Position numbers and translations under genes: made by a program. A stretch of DNA of 64,000 nucleotides from Acidobacteriota bacterium (GTDB lineage: Bacteria > Acidobacteriota > JAAYUB01). This document shows positions 17,472-27,100 of the stretch, piece by piece. The stretch's first letter is position 1, and each line of letters starts with the position of its first letter. Location of the stretch: assembly GCA_040768985.1 (NCBI GenBank), contig JAXGLX010000002.1:4160637-4224636 (forward strand), in the 5' to 3' direction. The notes beneath the pieces were generated by a model. The model ran no database searches. It was not told where the DNA came from and saw only the letters and a program-made list of their open reading frames with translations.

Positions 17472-20189
17472 ATGCCAACCATCAAAATCACGCTCAACGG
17501 CCGGGAGGTGGAGTGCCGGCGTGGGCAGACCATCCTCGATGTGGCCAAGGCGCAGGGGGTGCGCATCCCGACGCTCTGCTACCACCCCCAGGTCAGCCGC
17601 ACGGGCGCCTGCCGGATCTGCCTCGTCCGCGTCAACAACACGATGTTCAAGACCGCCTGCACCGAGCCCGTGGCCGACGGGATGAAAATCGTGACGGCGG
17701 ACCCGGAGATCACCGCCATGCGCCGGGGGATTCTCGAGTTCCTCCTGGCGGAAGGCGATCACAACTGCCTGTACTGCGAGGCCAACGGCGGCTGCGAACT
17801 CCAGGCGCTGTGCCACGAGCATGGGCTGGACACGCCGCCCCCGGCGGGGCTGCCCCGCAACGCCCGCACCCGCGACGTCTCCTCCAGCGAGGGGCTGCGG
17901 CGGGAGGAAAACCGCTGCGTGCTCTGCGGCCGCTGCGTCAAGGCCTGCGGCGAGATCCAGATGAACCGGGTGTGGGACTTCGCCGGCCGCGGCAGCCACG
18001 CCCACCTGACCACCGGCGTCACCGACGTGCTGGGCGAATCCGACTGCGTCCAGTGCGGCCAGTGCGTGCAACTCTGCCCCACCGGCGCGCTGTCGTTCCA
18101 GACGGTGCTCGGCCGCGGCCAGGCGTGGGAGCTGACCAGGCAGTCCAGCATCTGCATCTACTGCGGGGTCGGCTGCAAGATCGATTTCTTCACCAACCGG
18201 GACGGCCTGCTGGTCAAGGCCGAGGGCGCGTTGGACGGCCCCAACGAGGGGCACCTGTGCGTCAAGGGCCGCTTCGGGTTCGACTTCGTCCAGAGCCCCA
18301 AGCGCCTGACCCAGCCGCTGGTCCGCAAAGACGGCGAACTGGTCCCCGCCACGTGGGACGAGGCGCTGGACCGCGTCGCCGGCGCGTTCGGCCGGATCAA
18401 GGCCGACCACGGGCCCGACGCCGTCATGGCATTCACCTCGGCCAAGTGCACCAACGAGGAAAACTACATCCTGCAGAAATTCATGCGCGCGGTGATCGGC
18501 ACCAACAATGTCGATCACTGCGCCCGGCTTTGACACAGCTCCACGGTCGCCGGTCTGGCGGCCACACTGGGCTCCGGGGCCATGACCAATTCGATCCGGG
18601 AGATCCCGCTCTCGGAGGCGTTCCTGATCATTGGTTCCAACACCACGGAAAACCACCCCGTCATCGGGGCCATGATCAAGAAGGCGGTCATCCGCGACGG
18701 CAAGAGACTCGTCGTCGCCGACCCCCGCCGGATCGAGCTGGCCCGCTACGCCGACGTCTTCCTGCAGATTCGGCCGGGCACCAACATCGCCCTGCTCAAC
18801 GGCCTGATGCACGTCATCCTGCGCGAGGGGCTGCATGACGCCGAGTATGTGAACACCCGCTGCGAGGGGTTCGCCGAGCTCGAGCGCGTCCTGCAGAAGT
18901 ACACCCCCGAGCACGTCGCCGGCATCTGCGGCCTGACGGATCCGGAGCAGATCGTCACCGCCGCCCGCCTGCTGGCGGCGGCCAAACCGATGGCGGTCTA
19001 CTACTGCATGGGCATCACCCAGTTCAAGTCCGGCGTCAACGGAGTGAAATCCGTTTCCAACATCCAGATGCTGCTGGGCAACATCGGCGTGCCCGGGGGC
19101 GGCGTCAATCCGCTGCGCGGCCAGAGCAATGTCCAGGGGGCGTGCGACATGGGCGGCCTGCCCAACGTCTTCACCGCCTACCAGCCGGTGACCAACCCCG
19201 AGGCGCGGCAGAAGTTCGAGCAGGCCTGGGGCGTGAACGGACTGCCCGACAAGCCCGGCCTGACCATCGTCGAATCGATGAACGCGGCCATCACGGGGCA
19301 GGTGCGGGCGCTCTACGTGCTGGGCGAGAACCCCGTCCTGTCCGATCCCAACCAGCACCACGTCATCGAGGCGCTGGAGAAGCTCGACTGCCTCGTCGTC
19401 CAGGACATCACCCTGACGGAGACGGCGCAGTACGCCGATGTCGTCCTGCCGGGTTACGCCTTCCTCGAGAAGGAGGGCACCGTGTCCAACACCGAGCGGC
19501 GCGTGCAGCTGATGCACCGGGTGGTCCAGCCCGCCGGCGACGCCCGCGAGGACTGGTGGATCATCCAGGCGGTGGCCAACCGGCTGGGCGCGAACTGGAA
19601 CTACGCCGGCGCCGAGGCGATCTTCGAGGAGATCCGCCGGGTGACGCCGTCGTACGCCGGCTTGACCTACGCCCGGATCGATCAGGAACTGCTCCAGTGG
19701 CCCTGCCCCACGCCGGGCCACCCGGGCACCCAGTTCCTGCACAAGGACCGCTTCGCCCGCGGGCTGGGACAACTGGCGGCCATTGATTACACGCCGCCCG
19801 CCGAGGAGGTCGATCCCGAGTATCCGCTGGCGCTGACCACGGGCCGGCTGCTGGAGCATTTCCACACCGGCACGATGAGCCGCAATTCCAGAATCCTGAA
19901 TGAAATCGTGTCGGAAGCCTACGTGGAAATCCACCCGGTCGACGCCCAGAACCTGGAGATCGCCGACGGGGAGATTGTCTCCGTATCCACCCGCCGGGGC
20001 AGTATCCGGCTGAAGGCCAAAATCAAGCCGGAGATCAAACCCGGCGTGGTGTTCATCCCGTTCCATTTCGCCGAGGCGTGCGCCAACGTGCTGACCATCG
20101 ACGCGCTGGATCCCCTCTGCAAGATCCCGGAGTTCAAGGTGTGCGCCTGCAAGATGGAAAAGGTTTATCCGCTGGGGGGTGAGCGATGA
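17472..20189 (+). CDS. fdhA: Formate dehydrogenase alpha subunit (NuoG/FdsA-like: N-terminal 2Fe-2S, 4Fe-4S clusters and molybdopterin domains), a selenoprotein with an in-frame UGA at 18531-18533
   Basis: Track ORFs 17064-18533 and 18582-20189 are in the same frame, separated only by TGA. The flanking sequence NNVDHCARL-[TGA]-HSSTVAGLAATLGSGAMTNSI aligns with the E. coli FdhF selenocysteine site CARV-U-HGPSVAGL. 2Fe-2S Cys pattern (C..ACRIC); 4Fe-4S motifs (CVLCGRCVKAC, CVQCGQCVQLCP); molybdopterin oxidoreductase signature (ICIYCGVGC). ATGA overlap with the downstream gene. Confidence 0.85.
18531..18533 (+). other. In-frame UGA read as selenocysteine
   Basis: Positional match to the catalytic Sec/Cys of Mo/W formate dehydrogenases. 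The open frame continues for 550 codons downstream. Confidence 0.8.
18534..18575 (+). promoter_or_regulatory. SECIS-like mRNA hairpin (bacterial selenocysteine insertion sequence)
   Basis: GGUCGCC-GGUCU-GGCGGCC at 18545-18563, starting 11 nt after the UGA. 7-bp stem including one G-U pair; the apical loop contains GGUC as in the E. coli fdhF SECIS. Confidence 0.55.
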
Positions 20190-22021
20190 GCGCGACGACC
20201 GACATCCGCGAAGTGGTGGCGAAATACGGCCGCCGGCGGGAGCAACTGATGCTGATCCTGCGGGAGCTGGAGACCCGGTCCGGCTGCAACTGCCTCGATC
20301 CCGCCACGCTGCGCGAGGTGGCCGAGGAGATGAACCTGCCCGCCAGCGCCATCGCCGGTTTTGTGGATTTCTACACCATGTTCCGGACCACCCCGCGGGC
20401 CCGCTACATGATCCGGGTCTGCAAGTCGACGCCCTGCCACACCGCCGGCGCCATCGACGTGTTCGAGTCGCTGCGCAAGCTGCTGGGCATCGGCGAGGGC
20501 GAAGCCACCCCCGACGGCCTCTTTTACCTGGAGCGGTGCGAGTGCCTGGGGATCTGCTCGGTAGCCCCGGCCATGATGGTCAACTACGACCTGCACGGCA
20601 ACCTGACCCGGCGGCGGCTGGCCCGGATCATCACGTCGTACCGGGAATCGGCGGCGGCCGACGGCCGGGGATCCGGCCGCGAGACGGCGGCGGCAGCCAC
20701 GATCATTGATGACGCGCGGCAGACCCGCCGGCTGCTGGCCGATATCGGCCGCGTCAACCCCGCGCGGATCGCCAGCTACCTCAAGCACGGCGGCTACGCC
20801 GCCTTGCGCAAAGCGGTCGCCACGACGCCGGCGGATGTCATCGCCGTGGTGAAGGATTCGGGGCTGCGCGGCCGCGGCGGCGCCGGCTTTCCCGCCGGCC
20901 TGAAGTGGTCGTTCGTGGTGAAGGGCCCCATGCAGAAATACGTGATCTGCAACGCCGACGAGGGCGAGCCCGGCACCTTCAAGGACCGGGTACTGATGGA
21001 GGGCAATCCCCACCTGTTGCTGGAGGGGATGGCCATCTGCGGCTTCGCCACGGGAGCCACCATCGGCTACATCTACGTCCGCGGCGAGTACCGGCGCTCC
21101 ATCGACACGCTGCAGCACGCGATCGACGAAGCCCGGACCAGGGGCTGCCTTGGGGCCAACCTGTTCGGTTCGGAGTTCAGCTTCGACGTCTTCATCAAGG
21201 AGGGCGGCGGCGCTTACGTCTGCGGCGAGGAGACCTCGCTGATCAACTCAATGGAGGGGCTGCGTGGCTATCCGCGCTTCAAGCCGCCCTTCCCCGGCCA
21301 GGCCGGTTTCCAGAGCCTCCCCTCCACGGTCAACAACGTCGAGACGCTGATGTCGGTCCCCCTGATCGTCGAGCGGGGCGCCGACTGGTTCAAGGAAGTG
21401 GGACCGGTCTCGTGCCCCGGCACGAAGCTGTTCTGCCTCTCCGGCCGCCTGAACCGGACCGGCCTGGTGGAACTGCCCATGGGCGCCACCCTGCGCGAGA
21501 TCATCGACGTGTACGGGCAGGGGATCCGCGACGGCCACGCGTTCAAGTTCGCCCAGGTCGGCGGCAGCTCCGGCGGGATCCTGACCGCCGAGCTGCTGGA
21601 TATGCCCCTGGACATCGACACGCCGATGAAGCAGGGCGTCACCTTGGGATCGGGCGTGGTGCTGGTGTGCGACGAAACGACCTGTCCGGTGGATTTCCTG
21701 CTGCAGACCCTGGCCTTCTTCGAGCACGAGTCGTGCGGCCAGTGCGTCCCCTGCCGGGTGGGCACCGCCCAGCTCCACCACCACGCCCGCCGGCTGGCGG
21801 AGCGACGGGCGGCGCCGGCGGAACTGGACCAGATGCTGGAGAAGGCCCAACTGATGAAGAAGGCCTCGTTCTGCGCCCTGGGCCAGTCACCAATCATCCC
21901 GCTGACCACCCTGTTGAAGGCGTTCCGCGGCGAGTTTGAAGACCACTGCCGACCCGGGCACGCCTGCCCGGCCTGTGACCGGTCGCTGGCCCAGTACTAT
22001 CGGTCCGGTCGGACTCACTGA
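20186..22021 (+). CDS. Formate dehydrogenase beta/gamma fusion: NuoE-like 2Fe-2S thioredoxin-fold module fused to a NuoF-like FMN/NAD(H)-binding 4Fe-4S subunit (FdsG-FdsB type)
   Basis: N-terminal RVCKSTPCHTAG...CLGICSVAP (NuoE family). C-terminal GLRGRGGAGFPAGLKW, YVICNADEGEPGTFKDR and CGQCVPCR (NuoF family). Confidence 0.85.
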   Translation: MSATTDIREVVAKYGRRREQLMLILRELETRSGCNCLDPATLREVAEEMNLPASAIAGFVDFYTMFRTTPRARYMIRVCKSTPCHTAGAIDVFESLRKLLGIGEGEATPDGLFYLERCECLGICSVAPAMMVNYDLHGNLTRRRLARIITSYRESAAADGRGSGRETAAAATIIDDARQTRRLLADIGRVNPARIASYLKHGGYAALRKAVATTPADVIAVVKDSGLRGRGGAGFPAGLKWSFVVKGPMQKYVICNADEGEPGTFKDRVLMEGNPHLLLEGMAICGFATGATIGYIYVRGEYRRSIDTLQHAIDEARTRGCLGANLFGSEFSFDVFIKEGGGAYVCGEETSLINSMEGLRGYPRFKPPFPGQAGFQSLPSTVNNVETLMSVPLIVERGADWFKEVGPVSCPGTKLFCLSGRLNRTGLVELPMGATLREIIDVYGQGIRDGHAFKFAQVGGSSGGILTAELLDMPLDIDTPMKQGVTLGSGVVLVCDETTCPVDFLLQTLAFFEHESCGQCVPCRVGTAQLHHHARRLAERRAAPAELDQMLEKAQLMKKASFCALGQSPIIPLTTLLKAFRGEFEDHCRPGHACPACDRSLAQYYRSGRTH

Positions 22022-22041
22022 GCCGGCCGGCCGCGGGCGGA

Positions 22042-22509
22042 TCATCCGCCGGCGGTCTGGGGGAAGGCGGTGTTGCTGTACAGGTACTCCACCTTCTCCT
22101 TGTGCCGGAGCTCCTGCGCGGCGAATTCGGTGAGCAGCTGTTTGACTTCGCCCTCCGGCTGGAGGGCCGCCAGCCCCTGGTAGAACTTGTGCGCGTTCCA
22201 CTCGCGGTGGGCCGCCACCAGGTAGACCTCGGTGGTGCGCAGGTCTTTCTGGATGTCCGGCTTGTCGTTGTACTGGGCGACGCCGTAATCAATCACCTGG
22301 TCGGTGGCCAGGCCATCAGCCGCCATCCGGCCCTCGAGGTAGCTGACGAGAAACTCCTTGTGGCGCAGTTCCTCGGCGGCCAGGAACCGTAGGGTCTCGC
22401 GGGCGGTTTCGTCCTGGACGACGTCGTGCAGTTCGGTGTAGAAGGTGTAGGCGTCTTCCTCGTTCTTGATGGCGCGTTCGAGGACGGTCTTGAGTTGCTG
22501 GTCTGACAT
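22042..22509 (-). CDS. Rubrerythrin/ferritin-like diiron protein
   Basis: 155 aa starting at MSDQQLKTV with an AGGAGG RBS 8 nt upstream. Four-helix diiron E..H motifs (EEDAYTFY, AAEELRHKE, REWNAHKFY, AAQELRHKEK). Only this 3' part of the 743-aa track ORF is real. Confidence 0.75.
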   Translation of the reverse strand: MSDQQLKTVLERAIKNEEDAYTFYTELHDVVQDETARETLRFLAAEELRHKEFLVSYLEGRMAADGLATDQVIDYGVAQYNDKPDIQKDLRTTEVYLVAAHREWNAHKFYQGLAALQPEGEVKQLLTEFAAQELRHKEKVEYLYSNTAFPQTAGG

Positions 22510-22668
22510 GGCGTCTGGCCTCCTGGATAGTGAATGACGGACCCGCTGACGGTTTCTCGATGTCGCCTGACGATTGTAACCGATCGCAACGTTCCGCCGC
22601 CATGTTTTTTCGGGCGGACCGACGACTGGACATAAAGAGTATCGAATTACCGATAAGGAGTATCCACC

Positions 22669-24018
22669 ATGCGTAATCCCCTCATCATCGCCGGGCTGTG
22701 GTTGTGCGTCGCCGCCGGCTGCGTGTTGGGCCAGGGCGCCTCCGTGCAGGACGAGCTCCAGGCGCTCAAGAAGGAAAACATGGAGCTGCGGGAGAAAATC
22801 CGCCAGCTCGAGCTGGCTGTCGCCGAGGTGCGGCAGTTGGCACTCCGCGAGCCGGCGTCCGCCCCGGTTCCGGCCCCTGTCGCGGCTCCCGCTTCGACGC
22901 AGGCCGCCGTCGCTAAAGCTGACGAAGCGGCGGCCAAAAAGAAACCCACGGTGGAACTGTACGGCTTCGTCAAGCTGGACGCCGCCTACGACACCGCCCG
23001 GACCGACGTGGGCGACTTCGCCCGGTGGGTGCTGCCCGAGGGCCCCGGCGGCAAGGACGATGAGTTCAACATGACCGCCAACCAGACCCGGGTGGGCCTC
23101 AACATCAACGGGCCGGCCACCGGCTCGCTCAAGACCACCGGCAACGTCGAGATCGACTTCTACAGCCTGGAGGGCGGCGAGAACAAGCCCCAGCCCCAGC
23201 TGCGGCACGCGTTCGTGAAACTGGAGTGGCCGGAGCACGACTTCAGCCTGCTGGCCGGCCAGACCTCGGACGTGATCGCCCCGCTGCTGCCCGACACCAT
23301 CAACTACACCGTCATGTGGTGGACCGGCAATCCGGGCTACCGCCGGCCGCAGTTCCGGCTGACCAAGGGATTCGACCTGGGCGGCGACGCCAGGCTGCAG
23401 CTTCAGGGCGCGTTCGTCCGGACCATCGGGCACACCTCCGGTTACGATCCGGGCGACGGCGGCGAGGACGCCGGCTTCCCCACCGTCCAGAGCCGTCTGG
23501 CGTTGACGCTGCCCTTCGGCGAGAAGCGCAAGGCAACGGTGGGCGTGTACGGCCACTGGGGCCAGGAGGAGTACGACCTGGACGCCGCCGGCAACAGCGT
23601 GAACCTCGACACGTATTCGTGGGGTCTGGACGCTCAGCTGCCGCTGGCCAAGGGCGTGACGCTGCAGGGCGAGTTCTGGCGCGGCGCCAATGTCGACACG
23701 TACCTGGCGGCCGTGGGGCAGGGCTTCAACAAAGCCCGGCTCAACGAGATCCGCAGCATCGGCGGCTGGGCGGCGGTGGGTTTCGGTCCGTGGAAGGGCT
23801 GGAAGTTCAACCTGGGCGGCGCCGTGGACGACCCGGTCAACCGCGACCTGGCCTCCGGCAACCGCTCCCGCAACATGGCGCTGTTCGGCAATTTCTATTA
23901 CAGCATCACCAGCGCGGTCCAGGTGGGCATGGAAATCTCGCCGTGGTGGACCCGCTACATCGACCTGAACGAAGGCCGGAGCGTCCGCGCCCAGGGCACG
24001 TTCATCTACCGCTTCTGA
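22669..24018 (+). CDS. Outer-membrane porin with an N-terminal coiled coil (DcaP-like architecture)
   Basis: AAGGAG RBS. Signal peptide. Heptad coiled coil (QDELQALKKENMELREKIRQLELAVAEVRQLA), an Ala/Pro linker, then a beta-barrel region ending ...GTFIYRF (C-terminal aromatic). Confidence 0.55.
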   Translation: MRNPLIIAGLWLCVAAGCVLGQGASVQDELQALKKENMELREKIRQLELAVAEVRQLALREPASAPVPAPVAAPASTQAAVAKADEAAAKKKPTVELYGFVKLDAAYDTARTDVGDFARWVLPEGPGGKDDEFNMTANQTRVGLNINGPATGSLKTTGNVEIDFYSLEGGENKPQPQLRHAFVKLEWPEHDFSLLAGQTSDVIAPLLPDTINYTVMWWTGNPGYRRPQFRLTKGFDLGGDARLQLQGAFVRTIGHTSGYDPGDGGEDAGFPTVQSRLALTLPFGEKRKATVGVYGHWGQEEYDLDAAGNSVNLDTYSWGLDAQLPLAKGVTLQGEFWRGANVDTYLAAVGQGFNKARLNEIRSIGGWAAVGFGPWKGWKFNLGGAVDDPVNRDLASGNRSRNMALFGNFYYSITSAVQVGMEISPWWTRYIDLNEGRSVRAQGTFIYRF

Positions 24019-24039
24019 CGACCGGCCGCAACCGAACCC

Positions 24040-24092
24040 ATCACGCGGGGCCGGCGTGGCGCGCGATCGCCCGCCTCCCCGCGTTTTTTTCA
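24040..24092 (+). terminator. Probable terminator after the porin gene
   Basis: cgcgggg...ccccgcg stem with a large structured loop, followed by TTTTTTT. Confidence 0.45.
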
Positions 24093-24153
24093 GGATGAAT
24101 TGTTGTGCGTCTCGACGGCGCATGGCATAGAATGACTCTATGTTGCCGCCAGG

Positions 24154-27100
24154 ATGGTGCTCATGAGATGGACGCTGGGTGCGCTGATCATTCTGTTCCT
24201 TGTCCCGGCCTGGACGGCCGCTGAGGAACTCGTACTGGAATATCGCTTCGAGCGGCCGCGGCTGGAGCGTCACCCGGACGGCCAGGTGGACGTGCGGGTC
24301 GATGGCTGCCCCGTGTCCCTGGAGCCCGGACAGCCCATGCTACCGGTGTTCTCCGGCCGGGTGCTCCTCCCGGCGGGGCGTCGCCTGGCAGGTTTCGAAT
24401 GCAAGACCGCGCCGCCGGAATTGTTGGGCCGCCCGGTCCGGGTTTCCCATTGCCCCGGCCTGTTCCCCACGGCGGTGGCAGGTCGTGAGCCCGTGGCGCC
24501 GGATCCGCGGATCTACACCGCGCCCGGGCCGTTCCCAGAGGTCCGCGCCGCGGCGGCCGGCGTGCAGTGGCTGAAGGGATACCCGGTCGCCCTCTTCACG
24601 CTGCATCCGGTGGTGTACCATCCGGCCGCCGGCGAGCTGCGCTTCATTCCCCGGATGCGGCTCGTCCTGCAACTGGCGCCGGAGTCGCCGGCCAAGGCCG
24701 CGCCCATGCGGCGCCCGCTGGCGGATGACCGGGCGGAAGTGGCGGCGCTCGTGGACAATCCCGCGACGCTGGACGGCTATGCCGTGCCGTCCGCCAAAAC
24801 CCTGGACACGGCGTGGGAATACCTGATCGTGACGAACGCCGCGCTGGAGGCCAGCTTTCAGACGCTGGCGACCCACAAGGCCGCCCGGGGCTTGAACGTC
24901 CATCTCGCCCGGATCGAGGACGTCCTGGCCGCCACGCCGGGCACCGACAACGCTCACAAGCTCCGCACGTTCATCGCCGCCGGCTACCAGGACCACGGGA
25001 CCCGCTGGGTGATGCTCGGCGGCGACAGCGAAATCATCCCGTGGCGGGGCGCCTACGGCAAGGTCGGCGACACCGTGGACGCCGCCATTCCCACCGACCT
25101 CTATTTCGCCGCCCTCGACGGCGACTGGAACGCGAACGGCAACGGCCTGTTCGGCGAGCCCGCCGACGAGACCGACCTGTTCGCGGAGGTGGCGGTGGGC
25201 CGTATCGCCGCTTCCACCCCCGCGGAAGCGACCAACCAGATCCAGAAAATCATCGACTACGAAAACTCCGCGCCGCCCTTCCGCGCGCTGCTGCTGGGCG
25301 AGAAGCTCGACGACCAGACCTGGGGCGGCGACAGCAAGGACGTCGTCTACGCCGAGATGGCCGGGGTTCCCGCCGAGCGTCTCTATGACGCACCGGATTC
25401 GTCCTGGACCGCCGACACGCTGATCGACTCGTATTTCAACGCCGACGACACGCACATCGTCAACCACCTCGGGCACGCCAACAGCACCTACTGCCTGAAG
25501 ATGTACAACGCGGACGTCAGCCGGCTGACGAACACGAATCCGTTTTTCGTGTACAGCCAGGGCTGCTACCCGGGGAACTTCATCTACGACATGTGTTTCG
25601 CCGAGCGAATGACCGTGGGCACAGCCGCCGCGGCGTTTGCCGTGATCATGAACACGCGCTACGGCTGGTATGCCGCCAACGGCACCAACGGCACGTCCAA
25701 CGTGTTTGACTGGGAGTTCATGCGGTCCGTGTTCGAGCAGTTCCGCCGCCAACTCGGCCTCGCCCTGAACGAATCCCGCCAGCGCCTGGCCGGCCTGGCC
25801 GGCGACGGCAGTTACCGCTGGGTCTATTTCGAGACCACGCTCTTCGGGTGCCCCGAAACCGACTTGCGCTGGACCTGCACCCCGGCCGCCGTCCGGCTCG
25901 TCCCCGACCAGCCGGCCGGCGGATTCATCGTCATGGATGGCGATGACGTGGCGCTCCGGGCCACGGTGGGCACCGACTGCGCCGGGCCGGTGAATCAGCC
26001 GCAGGTCACCGCCCGGGTGGTGGATGCCGCGGGCACGCGGAACTTCGCCCTGCGCGACGATGGCAGCGGGGCGGACGCCGTCGCGGGTGACGGATTGTTT
26101 TCCGGACAGTGGGTGCCGGCGGGGCCAGATAACGCGCAGATCACCTATTCCGCCAGCGCGCCCGGCCTGGCCGCCGACCAGGACGTGGTTCAAGGTGAAG
26201 TCGTGGAGCGGATGGACTACCTGCTGCAGTCGCGGGCTCCGGACTGGATCGATCCGGCCGGCGGCACGGCCATCCTGGCCGGCCAGGACGACGCGGGCAT
26301 GGTCGCGGCCATCGGGTTCCCGTTCAAGTTCTACGGCAAGACCTACGAGCAGGTGCTGATCTCCACGAACGGGCTGCTCCGCTTCGCCGACGCCTATGAT
26401 TGGGATGCCGGCAACACGGCGATGCCAAGGCCGGAAAGTCCCAACGCGGTCATCGCGGCGCTGTGGACCGATCTGGACCTGACTGGCGTTGGCGCGGTCA
26501 TCCGTTACCGGATCACGGGACAGGCGCCGGAGCGGTTGTTTGTGGTGTCCTGGTTGAACGTGGCTCATTACAACCGGGTCGGGGCGGTCACATTCCAGAT
26601 AGCTCTGGAAGAATCCACCCACCGGATCTATTTCAATTACCGGGATACCGAATTCGACAATCCCGCCTATGACTTCGGCGCCGACGCCACCGTGGGGATC
26701 GAAGATTACAACGGGACGAAAGGTATTCAGTACGCGTTCCGCGAACCCGTGGTGGAGTCCGGGCTCAGTCTCTGCTTCATGCCGGTGATCGGGCCGATGG
26801 TGGTTCAGGCCGGCTGGCAGTTCTCGGGCGGCGACGGCGACGGGATCCCGGAGCCGGGCGAGACGGTGAGCTGGCAGTTGACCCTTCAGAACATCGGCAC
26901 GGAGCCGGCCGCGGACGTCACCGCCGGCCTGGCCACCGACATGCCGGAGATCCTTATCGACCCGCCGGTTCAGCCGTACGGTTCGCTGGCGGTGGGAGCC
27001 GTGGCGACCCGCGAGTTCAGCGTGACGGTGGACGACGCGTTGGCGTGCGGCACGCCGCTGGATTGGCTGCTGACCATCGGATGCCGGAACGCGGCAGACG

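Noticed and set aside
18531-18533. fdhA annotated as two ORFs, a pseudogene or a frameshift
   Set aside because: Both parts are in the same frame. The TGA sits at the conserved Sec/Cys position and is followed by a SECIS-like hairpin, so it was called as a selenoprotein.
17445-20066. 873-aa minus-strand ORF antisense to fdhA. Also 3183-5015 (-), 5317-6363 (-), 12213-14048 (-), 24340-27750 (-), 49893-52634 (-), 58216-61395 (+), 10486-11355 (+), 31291-31887 (+), 40475-41818 (+) and 39366-40448 (+)
   Set aside because: All overlap genes that have clear homology on the opposite strand. Their translations are low-complexity Arg/Gly/Pro/Ala-rich with no motifs. These are classic spurious long ORFs in approximately 70% GC DNA.
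22538-22590. Possible inverted repeat or operator (ttgtaaccgatcgcaacg) between the rubrerythrin and porin genes
   Set aside because: The arms are imperfect (gtaacCGATCGcaacg). Only the central CGATCG is palindromic, which is too weak to call a regulator site.
22510-24273. 743-aa minus-strand ORF (22042-24273)
   Set aside because: Only its last 155 codons (22042-22509) form a coherent rubrerythrin-like protein with its own RBS. The upstream 1.7 kb is antisense to the well-supported porin gene and has Arg/Gly/Ala-rich junk composition typical of high-GC antisense frames.
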